From Candidatus Thorarchaeota archaeon (GTDB lineage: Archaea; Asgardarchaeota; Thorarchaeia; Thorarchaeales; Thorarchaeaceae): a stretch of 64,000 nt of DNA. Position numbers and translations under genes: made by a program. Shown in pieces: positions 20,377 to 31,379 of the stretch (position 1 is its first letter; every line of letters starts with the position of its first letter). The notes beneath the pieces were generated by a model that was not told the DNA's origin, searched no databases, and saw only the letters and a program-made list of their open reading frames with translations. The stretch spans positions 37,522 through 101,521 of the forward strand of contig SDNP01000005.1 of NCBI GenBank assembly GCA_004524445.1. The letters are read 5' to 3'.

Positions 20377-20610
20377 TCATTCTGCAAAGGCAGGAGGTTT
20401 AAGCCGGATTTCACTTCTAATCCGGTCAATTGCTCTCAGAGGTATTGCTTCCCAACTAGACGATGCGTTTGGACGCTTATCACGCTCCACTATAACCATG
20501 GGCCCATCGCTGCTATCAATCCAAAGTTTCTTGACCCGTCCTATGGGATAACCTCTGAAGTCAGTTACGATTTTGTTTTTCAGTAGCCATTTCATCTCAT
20601 CAGTCGTCAT
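20377..20610 (-). CDS. PRC-barrel domain protein
   Basis: LKNKIVTDFRGYPIGRVKKLWID...IPLRAIDRI...IRL fits the PRC-barrel pattern. Confidence 0.75.
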   Translation of the reverse strand: MTTDEMKWLLKNKIVTDFRGYPIGRVKKLWIDSSDGPMVIVERDKRPNASSSWEAIPLRAIDRIRSEIRLKPPAFAE

Positions 20611-20689
20611 TGCTTGTCGGAATGAAGAACACGATAATCATTGATAGGGATGTGTACAACGGCTGTAACATTCACTCTTGGGAATCTTA

Positions 20690-21277
20690 TCATTGAGACT
20701 CCGATTCATCCTCAGTTTCATAACCCCAATCAACAATGACATCATCGCTACTTGGAATCAGAGACCCTCCAATACAATAGCCAGTGGCACCCATAAGAAG
20801 TCCAACAATATTTAGAACTCCGCCTATGACGATATAAAGCCGTGAATCGCTGATTTGTTTGAGGGACAATTCAACGTTAGATGCCCCCTCAATACGCTCT
20901 ACTCGAATAGTATATGCTCCGGTCTGCAAATCCACAATCTCTCTATATTCATAAGTTAAAGGATCAACACCAGGCATTTTATCGGAGAGGGTCATTGTGA
21001 TATTCACGAACTGGATTAACTGAGTATCATTATTCTTGATGCTAATGTCCACTATCACACTACCATTAGTTTCGGGCCGCACCGTGGTGGTTATCTCGAG
21101 TTGGGGGTAATATCCGCTTTCCTCCCAAATATCAAATGCACTGGTATCCCCTTGATTCGAAATATAACTAGTATAATGATACGGAGCTAGAAGCACAATA
21201 GCTCCACCAAGAAGTAAAACGAAAGCGCCTCCAAAATAGAAAAGTGCCTTCTTATTGAACCATGAACCTCTCATCAT
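20690..21277 (-). CDS. membrane protein (N- and C-terminal TM, extracellular beta domain)
   Basis: Two hydrophobic helices flanking a beta-rich segment. Confidence 0.75.
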   Translation of the reverse strand: MMRGSWFNKKALFYFGGAFVLLLGGAIVLLAPYHYTSYISNQGDTSAFDIWEESGYYPQLEITTTVRPETNGSVIVDISIKNNDTQLIQFVNITMTLSDKMPGVDPLTYEYREIVDLQTGAYTIRVERIEGASNVELSLKQISDSRLYIVIGGVLNIVGLLMGATGYCIGGSLIPSSDDVIVDWGYETEDESESQ

Positions 21278-21584
21278 ACTACACTAATTGTGGATTTCCA
21301 TTTGATAATATAGATGTAACGAACTAAGCGTTCTACCAACTGAAGAGTGCCCTGCAAATTCATCCTTATGGGTAAGAGAATCAACCCTTCAATGTTGATG
21401 ACATCACTTACGAGTTTTGCTGATGTAGTGGAGGAAGAGTCCAATCTTTGTCTAGGTTGAATAAGATCGAGGTACTTCAGGTGTCATGTACTGAATTGAA
21501 ATGCAAGTCTGAGTGGTTTATATTATCTATGCATGACAGACTATAGTAGCAATTTTGTCTGTGGAGCAAAGATGGGGGATATGA

Positions 21585-22688
21585 ATGATTTCCAGACGGA
21601 AGAGACAGACTGGATTATCTCCTTTGATACCGAAGAATCATTTCGCTTCTATGTCATTTTTCCGAGAGAAACCACTAATCGAGTGGGATTTTACTAGTGC
21701 TGTATTGTTTACATCATATGATATTCATAGAAGTTCAGATTTTTGGATTGATTCTATTCTCAGGAGAGGAATGACACTAAAAGAAGGCCTTGTTGAGTTG
21801 GGCTTCAAAAAATCAAATACTCTGGTGGCTGATACAGGAGTCTTCGAAATTGAAGCACGAAAATCGGGGATAGCTAGAAGACTTGGCATCACTCCAGATA
21901 TAGAATTGTCAATCGAGCAAATATTCGAGGCGTATGAAATTTCTGGGGCGGATTATTTTGTATCACCAGATGAAATCATACTACCGACGGATGATATCAT
22001 TACTACAAGAGTAAAGGTAGAGAAGATAAAGAGTAATATGCTCTCGTTCTTGAAGCAATTTCCCGCTAAGAAAGCAATTGGCGTTATTCAAGGCAATTCC
22101 AGATCAGTTATCTCTGAAATATATGACTTCTATAGGTCACATAACTTGAAGATTTTTGCCGCCGGAGGAATAATTCCGCTTTACAAATACGACAAAGAAT
22201 TATTCAAAAGAACTCTGAGATACATTCGTCAGATTACTAACGGTTTTTGGTTGCATACCTTCGGGCTACCGATGATTAAGCTCCTTCCGTTTTACTTGGG
22301 GATAGTTGGAATGGATAGTGTCGATACTTCCATGCTGCTCTATCTCACAGCTAGAAGACGATATCTTCAAGGCATACGTGCTTTGCAAGTGCGCATAGCC
22401 AAATTTGATGAATGCAGTTGTAGAGGATGTAGATTACTCAAGACTAAACTGCACCCTCGTTCCATTGATTTCTTCACGGCGTTATATATACATAATCTAA
22501 CTGAAGCTACTAAGATCAGCAAGAACCCCATGGCATTCATATCATCTTCTTCAGACAGGAAGGACTCAAAGGGCGCGAAAGAACATAAACCAACGGAACC
22601 GTTCGAGTCACATGATTCTGGCAAAATCTACAAAGACCCGAACGGGAGAACTGCATCTGACATCTTTGTGGAAACAAAAGGCGGCTGA
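21585..22688 (+). CDS. tRNA-guanine transglycosylase (TGT)-family protein, catalytic domain only
   Basis: VADTGVFE, VSPDEI, GVIQG, AAGGIIP, LHTFG, GMDSVDT, Zn site CSCRGC...HNL. Confidence 0.78.
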   Translation: MISRRKRQTGLSPLIPKNHFASMSFFREKPLIEWDFTSAVLFTSYDIHRSSDFWIDSILRRGMTLKEGLVELGFKKSNTLVADTGVFEIEARKSGIARRLGITPDIELSIEQIFEAYEISGADYFVSPDEIILPTDDIITTRVKVEKIKSNMLSFLKQFPAKKAIGVIQGNSRSVISEIYDFYRSHNLKIFAAGGIIPLYKYDKELFKRTLRYIRQITNGFWLHTFGLPMIKLLPFYLGIVGMDSVDTSMLLYLTARRRYLQGIRALQVRIAKFDECSCRGCRLLKTKLHPRSIDFFTALYIHNLTEATKISKNPMAFISSSSDRKDSKGAKEHKPTEPFESHDSGKIYKDPNGRTASDIFVETKGG

Positions 22689-22841
22689 GGGGAATTACTA
22701 TTTGAGTGGAGGAATCCTCTAAGGTGAGGCTCTTCTGAATTTCTCCACAGCCTTCCTGATACCTATTGTGACTGTGACCGTCAATTTTAAGTAGTCAGGA
22801 ACTTGCGGAAGTCATGAACTTGCAAAGGGAGCAATCCAGCT

Positions 22842-23237
22842 ATGGTATACTTCGAACTCATGCTAATTCCATTCGCGGTAATTGTCGTAATATTTGTCAT
22901 CTTCTGGATCGTACAAGAGGGGACTAAGTGGCAAAAACACCCCTATCTCGGCGTATTTGCGAGATTTATTCAAGCATCGCCTGCTAGGGCATTCTTCACA
23001 TTTCTCGTGCTAACCATAGCAATCGTACCTTCCACCCTAGGTTTGATGATGGGAGTATGGCTAGATATTTTCGCTGCAGGCAATACCCCCTCAAACACAA
23101 CCCCCGTCGTAAATACTCTATTGCTGATGTTTCTGATGCTTGCTGGGATGATACCTGTTCTATGGGGTAGCTTCGGAACGTGGAGACAATCAGTTAGAAG
23201 CGCAGCTGATGTCAGAGTTAGAACAACCCAAGAATAG
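22842..23237 (+). CDS. small membrane protein (about 3 TM)
   Basis: Three hydrophobic stretches; GGGAG SD upstream. Confidence 0.72.
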   Translation: MVYFELMLIPFAVIVVIFVIFWIVQEGTKWQKHPYLGVFARFIQASPARAFFTFLVLTIAIVPSTLGLMMGVWLDIFAAGNTPSNTTPVVNTLLLMFLMLAGMIPVLWGSFGTWRQSVRSAADVRVRTTQE

Positions 23238-23306
23238 CATAACCTCACCAGTGGCGGGCATAAGGTTATCACCTTGCATCCGCCCTCATAATTGGGTGAG
23301 TTGAAT

Positions 23307-24230
23307 ATGCAGGGAAAAGCCGTTCAGATAACACCAGAAATTTATACCATTATTGGAGGCAAATTCCCATTATGCAATTCGGTTCTTGTTATTTCTGACC
23401 AAGTGTCGATAATTGACCCTGGATGCCGCTTGGAAGATTTGAGGACATTCTTGCATACAAAGAATCTTGAGCAGAATGATATCGATAATATTGTGCTATC
23501 CCACATTCATCCCGATCATATCACTCATGCAGCACGTTTGAAAAGAGTGAGTGACTGCAAGATATGGGCGAATGAAATCACAGCTCCTCTATTTGATGAT
23601 AAAGAGAAGATGAAGAACTTCTTGGGTTTTCACCCAGGACACAAAATCCGCCCATTTTGGGAAGCGATGGTAAACAATAAGATGTACGGGGCACTCGATG
23701 AATCAGAAGTAGACTACATCCTTGCTGATCGTGAAAGATTTTCGTTAGGCGGAATCGAAGGTACGACTTTGTTTACTCCGGGACATACGCCTGACCATAT
23801 GTGCATTGAATTTGCTGAATCTAATTACATATTTGGAGCAGACATCGATTGCACTGACTTCGGACCGTACTATGGTCATCCAAACTCTTCAATCGAGGAT
23901 TTCAAGAGGTCAATCTCACTCGTCATGTCGAAAAGCTATGAGGGGCTTATCAGTGGGCATCTTCTTGAGCCCATTGTTAGAGATCATGTTTCTGCACTGA
24001 AGTCATATCGAATGCATTTTGATTTGAGGGAAGACTTCATCCTAATGCGAATAAGCAAAGGAGCTCGTTCTATAGATGAAATAATGGAGGAACCCATCAT
24101 CTACAAGTCGCTATCAGACTTTGTACTCCTTCAGTTTGAGAGATGGATGGTTGAACACCACTTGAACTCGCTAATTCAGAAGGAATTGGTTCGAAATGAT
24201 AATGGAATCTATAGGACAATCAGAGCATAA
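23307..24230 (+). CDS. MBL-fold metallo-hydrolase
   Basis: IIDPG, SHIHPDH, TPGHTPDH, GAD, SGH; wHTH-like C-terminus. Confidence 0.9.
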   Translation: MQGKAVQITPEIYTIIGGKFPLCNSVLVISDQVSIIDPGCRLEDLRTFLHTKNLEQNDIDNIVLSHIHPDHITHAARLKRVSDCKIWANEITAPLFDDKEKMKNFLGFHPGHKIRPFWEAMVNNKMYGALDESEVDYILADRERFSLGGIEGTTLFTPGHTPDHMCIEFAESNYIFGADIDCTDFGPYYGHPNSSIEDFKRSISLVMSKSYEGLISGHLLEPIVRDHVSALKSYRMHFDLREDFILMRISKGARSIDEIMEEPIIYKSLSDFVLLQFERWMVEHHLNSLIQKELVRNDNGIYRTIRA

Positions 24231-24315
24231 TCAAAGTCCATTTCTACACACAGACAACATCTCAATCCTTATTAATTAACTATATTAAATCAGAGCTGCC
24301 ATTCACCATTGGGAA

Positions 24316-26436
24316 ATGAATAACATGGTTGAATCAAAAACTAGTAACAGACTAATCCATGAGAAGAGCCCGTACCTCTTGCAGCATGCCCATAACCCAG
24401 TAGATTGGTACCCATGGGGTAAAGAAGCATTTTTTAAAGCAAGAGAAGAAAACAAACCGATTTTCTTGTCTATTGGGTACTCGACTTGCCATTGGTGTCA
24501 TGTAATGGAAAAAGAGTCCTTTGAGGATGAACAAGTGGCTGATTTGATGAATCAAGCCTTTGTAAATATCAAGGTTGACAGAGAGGAACGACCTGATATC
24601 GACAAAACGTATATGCAAGTAGCTCAGATGATTACTGGTCGTGGAGGATGGCCTCTCACAATTATTATGACTCCTGATAAGGAACCCTTCTTCGCTTCAA
24701 CATATATCCCCAAGAAAGGTAGATTCAACCAGATAGGGATGCTGGATTTAATACCACAAATTCGGAAACTTTGGGAAGATGACCAAGCAAGAATATCCGA
24801 TGTCACAAATAAGATCAAGCAAGCACTGAATCAGAAACCATCAACCATGGAAGAAAGAAGCCTAGACCGCTCAACAATTGATGATGCATTTCACGTATAT
24901 TCACAGCGATTCGATGATGAAAACGGCGGGTTCGGAAGGGCCCCAAAATTCCCATCCCCACATAATCTGATTTTCTTGCTGAGGTACTGGAGAAGAAGCA
25001 AAGACCAGTGGGCGCTACATATGGTGGAAAAGACATTGGACAAAATGAGACTTGGCGGAATTTTCGACCATATAGGGTACGGTTTCCATAGATACTCAAC
25101 TGATGCACAATGGCTACTCCCGCATTTCGAGAAAATGCTTTACGATCAGGCGATGCACATCATGGCATACACGGAGGCATATCAAGCCACTAAGAATCAG
25201 AACTACGCCGAGACTGCACACGAAATCATAGAATATCTTCAGAGAGATATGATGGACGAAGGAGGAGCATTTTATTCAGCAGAAGACGCTGACAGCGAAG
25301 GAGAAGAGGGTAAGTTCTATATCTGGACTAAGCAAGAAATTGAGAATGCACTATCAGATGAAGAATCACTACTCTTTGCTAAGGCATACAATATCTCTAA
25401 AGACGGAAATTTCAGAGATGAAGCCACACACAAGAGGACAGTGGCTAACATCCCTCATTTGCTTCATGATGAAGAGAAAATTGCAGAACAGCTTGGATTG
25501 GACTTTGACAGCTACGTTGCGCTGATGGACAGAATAAGAATCAAGCTCCTTGAAACGAGAGAGAAGCGGATACGACCACATTTGGATGATAAGATTCTGA
25601 CTGATTGGAACGGACTTGTCATTGCGGCACTCGCGAAGGCAGGCCACGTTATTGGTGTTCCTCATTATGTGACTCAAGCGGAAAAGGCACTAGATTTCAT
25701 ACTATCGAGAATGAGAAGGGATGGAGAACAATTACTTCATAGATATCGGGATAATGAGGCTGATGTAGACGCTTTCTTAGATGACTATGCGTTCCTAATT
25801 TGGGGAATAATCGAGCTGTATGAAAGTACATTCAAGACGAAATACCTGCAACTTGCTTTAGAATTGGCGAAAGAAATGATAGAGAAATTTCTAGATGAGG
25901 AGCAAGGAGCCTTCTTTTTTTCCAGCCATGATTCGGAGGAACTGCTAACGCGCAATAAAGACGGCTATGATGGAGCGATTCCGTCGGGCAACTCTGCTGC
26001 GGTTTTAGATCTGGTAAGACTTTCACGATTGACAGGTGATACTAGTCTAGAAGATATTGCAGAACAAACCATCAGAAGCTTTGGAGTTAGCATCAGCAAT
26101 AGCGGAGCAGGATTTTCTTGGATGCTGACCGCATTGGATTATTTGCTTGGCCCGTCATTTGAAATCGTAATCGCCGGCAGCAAATTTGATGAACAAACTG
26201 AGAAAATGATTGATGCCTTAAGAAACCACTATATCCCTACTAAAGTTGTCATATACAAGCCGGGGCGAGAAATAGATAATGAAATTGCGGCCCTTGCTCC
26301 GTATACAAAATATTATGATGTGGTGGAGGGAAAGGCAACTGCCCATGTCTGTGTTGAACATAACTGCAAGCTTCCAACCAATGATGTATCCAAGATGATT
26401 GAGCTTCTTAACTCTGAAGAGACACCAACAAAATAG
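24316..26436 (+). CDS. YyaL/SPATA20-family thioredoxin (DUF255) plus glycoside hydrolase-like protein
   Basis: [64 protein letters not shown]. Confidence 0.95.
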   Translation: MNNMVESKTSNRLIHEKSPYLLQHAHNPVDWYPWGKEAFFKAREENKPIFLSIGYSTCHWCHVMEKESFEDEQVADLMNQAFVNIKVDREERPDIDKTYMQVAQMITGRGGWPLTIIMTPDKEPFFASTYIPKKGRFNQIGMLDLIPQIRKLWEDDQARISDVTNKIKQALNQKPSTMEERSLDRSTIDDAFHVYSQRFDDENGGFGRAPKFPSPHNLIFLLRYWRRSKDQWALHMVEKTLDKMRLGGIFDHIGYGFHRYSTDAQWLLPHFEKMLYDQAMHIMAYTEAYQATKNQNYAETAHEIIEYLQRDMMDEGGAFYSAEDADSEGEEGKFYIWTKQEIENALSDEESLLFAKAYNISKDGNFRDEATHKRTVANIPHLLHDEEKIAEQLGLDFDSYVALMDRIRIKLLETREKRIRPHLDDKILTDWNGLVIAALAKAGHVIGVPHYVTQAEKALDFILSRMRRDGEQLLHRYRDNEADVDAFLDDYAFLIWGIIELYESTFKTKYLQLALELAKEMIEKFLDEEQGAFFFSSHDSEELLTRNKDGYDGAIPSGNSAAVLDLVRLSRLTGDTSLEDIAEQTIRSFGVSISNSGAGFSWMLTALDYLLGPSFEIVIAGSKFDEQTEKMIDALRNHYIPTKVVIYKPGREIDNEIAALAPYTKYYDVVEGKATAHVCVEHNCKLPTNDVSKMIELLNSEETPTK

Positions 26437-26521
26437 TTGAAAAGAACGCGCCATCCCATACTCTTATTTTCGGCCGGTTTTCGTGCAGTAGTGCCACTAA
26501 ATTAAACGGGGTATAGGCATT

Positions 26522-28675
26522 ATGAAGAATCTCCGATTGAAAACACGATGTGTGTCTGTATTCGTTCTATTCCTTGCCATTGCACCCCTAATATCACTTC
26601 ATATCCCTAGTGTTTCAGACAGGTTTGTTCAAGATGCCAGTCCGCGCACAGCCCAAGACTCAATCGAGATATTTCATGAGGGTGCTGTGAATGAGATTCG
26701 GGTTGTTGAATACGCATCTTTTGAGGATGCGATTAGTGCACTTGAAACTGGAGAAGTAGACGTATTCGGACATAGATTGAATCGCAGCCATTACGAAATG
26801 CTTGGGAGCTATTCTGCAATTGAGACTCAATGGGCATTCGATACCAGCTCATATCTGCTTGCACTCAATGCCAATCACTATCCACTTGCTAACCACCATC
26901 TAAGACAAGCAATCGCATATAGTATTGATAAGACCACTATCGTTCAATCGGCGATGAATGGAACGGCTGATGAAATGGACTTCCTGCTTCCTCTATGCAA
27001 TGAATACTCTCCTGAAGAGGCATACGGAGGGGTCTATTACTCGAACAATCTGGATGAAGCATTCAATTCACTGGCAGAAGCTGGAATGCTAGACGTTGAT
27101 GACGATGGAATTGTTGAAGCACCAAACGGGTCAGAGATTGTCTTCGACATTTGGTATCCATTCGATACTCCTGGAATGAATGAAACCGCAACAATTCTTG
27201 CTTCGAATCTTCTTTCTATAGGCTTGAACACAACACTGACTGCTCTAAATTCCTCGACAATTCAAAACGAAATAGCAAGTCACAATAGCACATACAGTTT
27301 GGCTCTATATCAGCAAGATCTCCCACGTTATGGTTTTGCTTGGGCTGCAACAACCTTTCACAGTAGCAACATCGATGAATTTGGTGAAAACATCGCCAAT
27401 ATAGATGACCCCCAATTAAATAATCTAGCAGAGGACTATCTTGATGCAGTTACGATTGAAACGGCACTTGATATTGGCATGGAGGCAATGATGACAATTC
27501 GTGACTTGAGCCCTGTAATACCACTTTTTGCTAACAGGTGGCTTTCTGTGTTTTCACAGGCGAATTTTCAAGGCTGGGTAAATGATACTCGAGAAGGATC
27601 ATTTGGACTATGGAATGCAATAAGTGTGACAGCAAAGGACTCGAGCAATCGACCTTTGGTTGTGGCAGTACTGCCAAGTTTCTTCAACGACTTCTTCCAA
27701 GGTCCAAATCCCTTCGCAGGGAATATTCCAGTGGATAGTTCATGGTTGGTTGGCTATCGATTCAATCCATATCTGTTGGTATTTGATACGCCTCTTGCTT
27801 CTAGACCGGATGGCTCAGCTGTCCCTCGTCATGCCACTTCTTGGGAAATCGATTTCTTGGGAACGGTACCAGACTTGACAAGAAACCAATCACGCTCAAC
27901 GTATTATTGCGATCCTAACGCAAACTGGACAGATGGAGCTGGAATGAACGCACAAGACTACCGATTTACGTTCGAATACTATTCTAACAAGTCGCTGACC
28001 AGTTATGCACAAGATATTGCACGTGTAAAAGTTACGGGCGACTATGTGGCCGGAGTCGATTACGAAGTTCATGATGCCTTTTCATTCAGGTACCTGGGAG
28101 TATTGCCAATTCTTGCAGAACACATATGGACTGGTAGAGACCCTTATTCTTGGCAACCGGATATCGCCGATATGATTGGTTCTGGCCCATATTTGTTTTC
28201 TCAGTTTGAGGTTGGTTCATCTCTAAGTTTGCAGAGGAATCCCAATTACTATCCCGAGGTAGATACTCAGCCCCCAACTCTGCGGACCCTAACAATAGTG
28301 CCTGATGATCCTATTCCTGCAGAGTCAGTGGTATTTCGTGCGTTCGCAGACGATAGAAGCAAAATAACCAATGTAAGGTTGTCATATATCTATCGGGTGG
28401 GCAACATAAACTTCACAGGAAGTCAACTGATGACTTTGCAGCCTTCTGGGTATGAAGCAACAATCCCAGCCCGTGTAACCGCTGATTCTGTAATATGGGA
28501 GATTTCTGCAACAGACGCTTGGAATAATCAAGCAGTCATTGCGTCGGGATCCTATTCGAGGAATCCAACTACCACTGGCAATGGCATAGATATGAGCAGC
28601 TTGATATTCGCTGGAGGTATAGCTGGAGTAATCTTCCTGACAGTGGCTATTGTTGTTTTTAGACGGAAGAGATGA
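26522..28675 (+). CDS. peptide/nickel ABC substrate-binding protein (family 5), circularly permuted, with C-terminal Ig-like domain and TM anchor
   Basis: ALETGEVD, LRQAIAYSIDK, ATSWE, WTDG..NAQD.RFT, IGSGPY, RNPNYY; signal peptide and C-terminal TM ending RRKR. Confidence 0.85.
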   Translation: MKNLRLKTRCVSVFVLFLAIAPLISLHIPSVSDRFVQDASPRTAQDSIEIFHEGAVNEIRVVEYASFEDAISALETGEVDVFGHRLNRSHYEMLGSYSAIETQWAFDTSSYLLALNANHYPLANHHLRQAIAYSIDKTTIVQSAMNGTADEMDFLLPLCNEYSPEEAYGGVYYSNNLDEAFNSLAEAGMLDVDDDGIVEAPNGSEIVFDIWYPFDTPGMNETATILASNLLSIGLNTTLTALNSSTIQNEIASHNSTYSLALYQQDLPRYGFAWAATTFHSSNIDEFGENIANIDDPQLNNLAEDYLDAVTIETALDIGMEAMMTIRDLSPVIPLFANRWLSVFSQANFQGWVNDTREGSFGLWNAISVTAKDSSNRPLVVAVLPSFFNDFFQGPNPFAGNIPVDSSWLVGYRFNPYLLVFDTPLASRPDGSAVPRHATSWEIDFLGTVPDLTRNQSRSTYYCDPNANWTDGAGMNAQDYRFTFEYYSNKSLTSYAQDIARVKVTGDYVAGVDYEVHDAFSFRYLGVLPILAEHIWTGRDPYSWQPDIADMIGSGPYLFSQFEVGSSLSLQRNPNYYPEVDTQPPTLRTLTIVPDDPIPAESVVFRAFADDRSKITNVRLSYIYRVGNINFTGSQLMTLQPSGYEATIPARVTADSVIWEISATDAWNNQAVIASGSYSRNPTTTGNGIDMSSLIFAGGIAGVIFLTVAIVVFRRKR

Positions 28676-28680
28676 ATAGT

Positions 28681-30165
28681 TTATTGAGTCGGTTTCTTGA
28701 AAATGTAATACCAAATGCCAGCCACAATAAACACGACAATTATGCCCCCAATGGCAATATAGGGAGCCATTGCTGACAAGGGGCTTGAAGGCCAAATTTT
28801 CGAGATTTCATTGCCTGCCTCCAGCCATGCATCTGCTGTTTGGTCAAGATAGTCTGAAATTACACTCAAGTCATCCGAATATGATTCAAGAGATGATTCC
28901 AAGTTTCCCGTTGAATTGAATTCTGCTGAGATATCTGCAAATGTTGAGGAAACAAGTCCATCTATCCTACTTACATTTCCGGGATATATCAGAGTGGAAT
29001 TGCTCGATAATGCAGACATGGAAAAAACTGCTTCTGCAGATGAGGCGGAAAAATCAGTTTCATCGATTTGCGGTATTATTTTTGGAAGAGCTTGAGCTGC
29101 CGTCCTAAATGATAGATACTGTAGGGTCAATGAGCTTTCTATTCCAATCCCCATGAAGACCAAAGCTGCTGCTTTGAATGCGTGTTCATTTTCCAAACCA
29201 TCGAAAATGGTTAGAAATTCACGAATACTGCTTGGAGCCAAATCTTCACTCATTTTTCTAAATGCACCTTCTCCAAAACTCCAAAGGAAGGCACTAGAGC
29301 TGCTAGGGGCATAAGAGGAACCTACACCCAGGAGTTTATCGCGAATTGCGGGTGCGAGCGAATCTGAGATGTCTTGATCCGGTTCGGGGCCAGGTTGCAA
29401 TAGTTCGCTGATATAGTACCTACTGCTCCACGCCGTTGACAATTGTGAATATGATATTGTAGTATAGTTTCCACGGCCATTATCAGGGTAACCATATTGA
29501 TCCCCAAACGAGCCTACTCCGGGGTCAATAATCGTAGCTGTACCCTCAGTGTTGTTGTATCCAACAATCAGTATAGCATGTCCCCCGCCGCTGAGCCCTC
29601 TCTCACGCAAATAATCATAATCCGCAGTAGGGAGCCACATCGGGTCCACACTAACGAGAAGAGGATATCCTTGATCAATTGTATTTCTCATCAATGCGAG
29701 CGCGTCAGTTTGTCCAGAGATCCTTCCGACATTAATTCCCTCATTCTCCCATAATTGCTGTGCGTGGTCTCCACCAGGAAGATTCTCTCCAACATAGACG
29801 GTGTAATTAACTCCGTATAGCTCAGAGAGAAACTGTGTTGGCTCGACTTGTTTGTAGATGACACCGGGGTAAGTGAGCAGACTATCGTTGTATTTGTAAT
29901 ATGCATAGGAGAAGCCAACAGTCGTAGCAGCAAATACCGCAGCAAGGTCTAGGTCTACCCCGATATACTGAAGTGCACTAGATGTAGCGGCCCAATTGCA
30001 GAAGCCATTAATCTCTTGCCAAACAAATGGTACATCTTCAAGTGTTGCAGATTGAGAGGGTGCAAACGCTGACTGAGGATAGTGCATTCCAATCATCATG
30101 CCTGTGGTCATTGGGAACACGAGCATCATCATGACGAAAAGGATAGAGTTTGAAATAATCCTCAT
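28681..30165 (-). CDS. membrane-anchored C39-like cysteine peptidase
   Basis: VPFVWQEINGFC (Q/C), GGHAILIVGY (H), IIDPG (D); signal peptide and C-terminal TM. Confidence 0.8.
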   Translation of the reverse strand: MRIISNSILFVMMMLVFPMTTGMMIGMHYPQSAFAPSQSATLEDVPFVWQEINGFCNWAATSSALQYIGVDLDLAAVFAATTVGFSYAYYKYNDSLLTYPGVIYKQVEPTQFLSELYGVNYTVYVGENLPGGDHAQQLWENEGINVGRISGQTDALALMRNTIDQGYPLLVSVDPMWLPTADYDYLRERGLSGGGHAILIVGYNNTEGTATIIDPGVGSFGDQYGYPDNGRGNYTTISYSQLSTAWSSRYYISELLQPGPEPDQDISDSLAPAIRDKLLGVGSSYAPSSSSAFLWSFGEGAFRKMSEDLAPSSIREFLTIFDGLENEHAFKAAALVFMGIGIESSLTLQYLSFRTAAQALPKIIPQIDETDFSASSAEAVFSMSALSSNSTLIYPGNVSRIDGLVSSTFADISAEFNSTGNLESSLESYSDDLSVISDYLDQTADAWLEAGNEISKIWPSSPLSAMAPYIAIGGIIVVFIVAGIWYYIFKKPTQ

Positions 30166-30296
30166 ATGGCAATCAACAAGATAATTCGTGGTTCAGACGT
30201 CATAAGCCTAGCGATTCGGGAGGACAACTACCGAACAAGAATCTTTATTGTCATATCATGCTGGCAGAGTGACGTGCCTAAGAAGGTTCCAACTAG

Positions 30297-31379
30297 ATGA
30301 ATTATCATTTGATATTGACAAGAAAATGCAACCTGAACTGCGTCTATTGTCATGGTGGGGAGTATGAAGGCGCTGATACAGAAATTAAATATCCATTGGG
30401 GGATCTTATGGAGTTTCTATCGCTTGATCCGGACCCACAATTGATGTTTTATGGTGGCGAACCAACACTTAGGCCTCGGCTTCTTGAAGATATCATGAGA
30501 AAAATTCCTGATTCTCGTTTCATGCTTCAAACAAATGCAACACATCTTGACGAGATATCTCCCGAGTATGTGAGGAAATTTCATTCCATTTTGGTTTCAG
30601 TTGATGGCAAAAGATCCACAACTGACCACTACAGAAGTGAGGGTATCTATGATAGTGTCATTTCCAGCGTGAGATGGTTAAGAAAGATAGGATATCAAGG
30701 AGACATAGTTGCGAGAATGGCAGTATCTGAAGAGACTGATATCTACCGCGATGTGGTGCATCTACTTGAACTCACTGAACCCAAATTCGACCACGTTCAT
30801 TGGCAACTGAATGTAGTATGGGATGCTGAGGGAAACTGGACCAATTATGACAAGTGGGTCGAAAGCTCGTACAAGCCCGGCATTGAGAAACTGATCGATT
30901 ACTGGGTTGCAGCAATGAGAACCGGCGAAGTAATGGGAGTAGTTCCGTTCCTACCTATAATGAGAGATATTCTGTCCGGTGATAGTTCAATGCTCAGATG
31001 TGGTTCGGGCATTGATACGTTTGCAATTCATGTTGACGGTTCTATTGGGGTCTGTCCAATATCCCCAGACTGGGATTTTTCGATTGTTGGGGATATTCGG
31101 AGTACCAAACCAGAAGAGCTCAAAAACATCATGAAAGTTCAGGAGCCATGCCCATCTTGTGAAATATACGATTTATGTGGGGGAAGATGCCTCTTTGCGA
31201 ATCGACAGAGGCTTTGGGGAGAAGATGGGTTTAGGAAAATCTGTGATACGGTCTTCCATCTCATAGACAATCTGAGAATGGTAACTCCCGAGGTAAAGGA
31301 GCTTTTGGAACAGAATGTGATTGAATCTGAATCTTTTGACTATCCTGAGTTCAATAATGGTTGCGAGATCATACCTTAG
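30297..31379 (+). CDS. radical SAM/SPASM protein, AF0577 (TIGR04084)-like
   Basis: CNLNCVYC, FYGGEP, LQTN, VHWQLN, RCGSG...CP, CPSC...CGGRC, C-terminal EIIP. Confidence 0.9.
   Translation: MNYHLILTRKCNLNCVYCHGGEYEGADTEIKYPLGDLMEFLSLDPDPQLMFYGGEPTLRPRLLEDIMRKIPDSRFMLQTNATHLDEISPEYVRKFHSILVSVDGKRSTTDHYRSEGIYDSVISSVRWLRKIGYQGDIVARMAVSEETDIYRDVVHLLELTEPKFDHVHWQLNVVWDAEGNWTNYDKWVESSYKPGIEKLIDYWVAAMRTGEVMGVVPFLPIMRDILSGDSSMLRCGSGIDTFAIHVDGSIGVCPISPDWDFSIVGDIRSTKPEELKNIMKVQEPCPSCEIYDLCGGRCLFANRQRLWGEDGFRKICDTVFHLIDNLRMVTPEVKELLEQNVIESESFDYPEFNNGCEIIP

Noticed and set aside
22683-22752. Long imperfect hairpin overlapping the TGA stop of the TGT-like gene (Sec readthrough?)
   Set aside because: Readthrough adds only about 13 aa with no redox motif; more likely a terminator.
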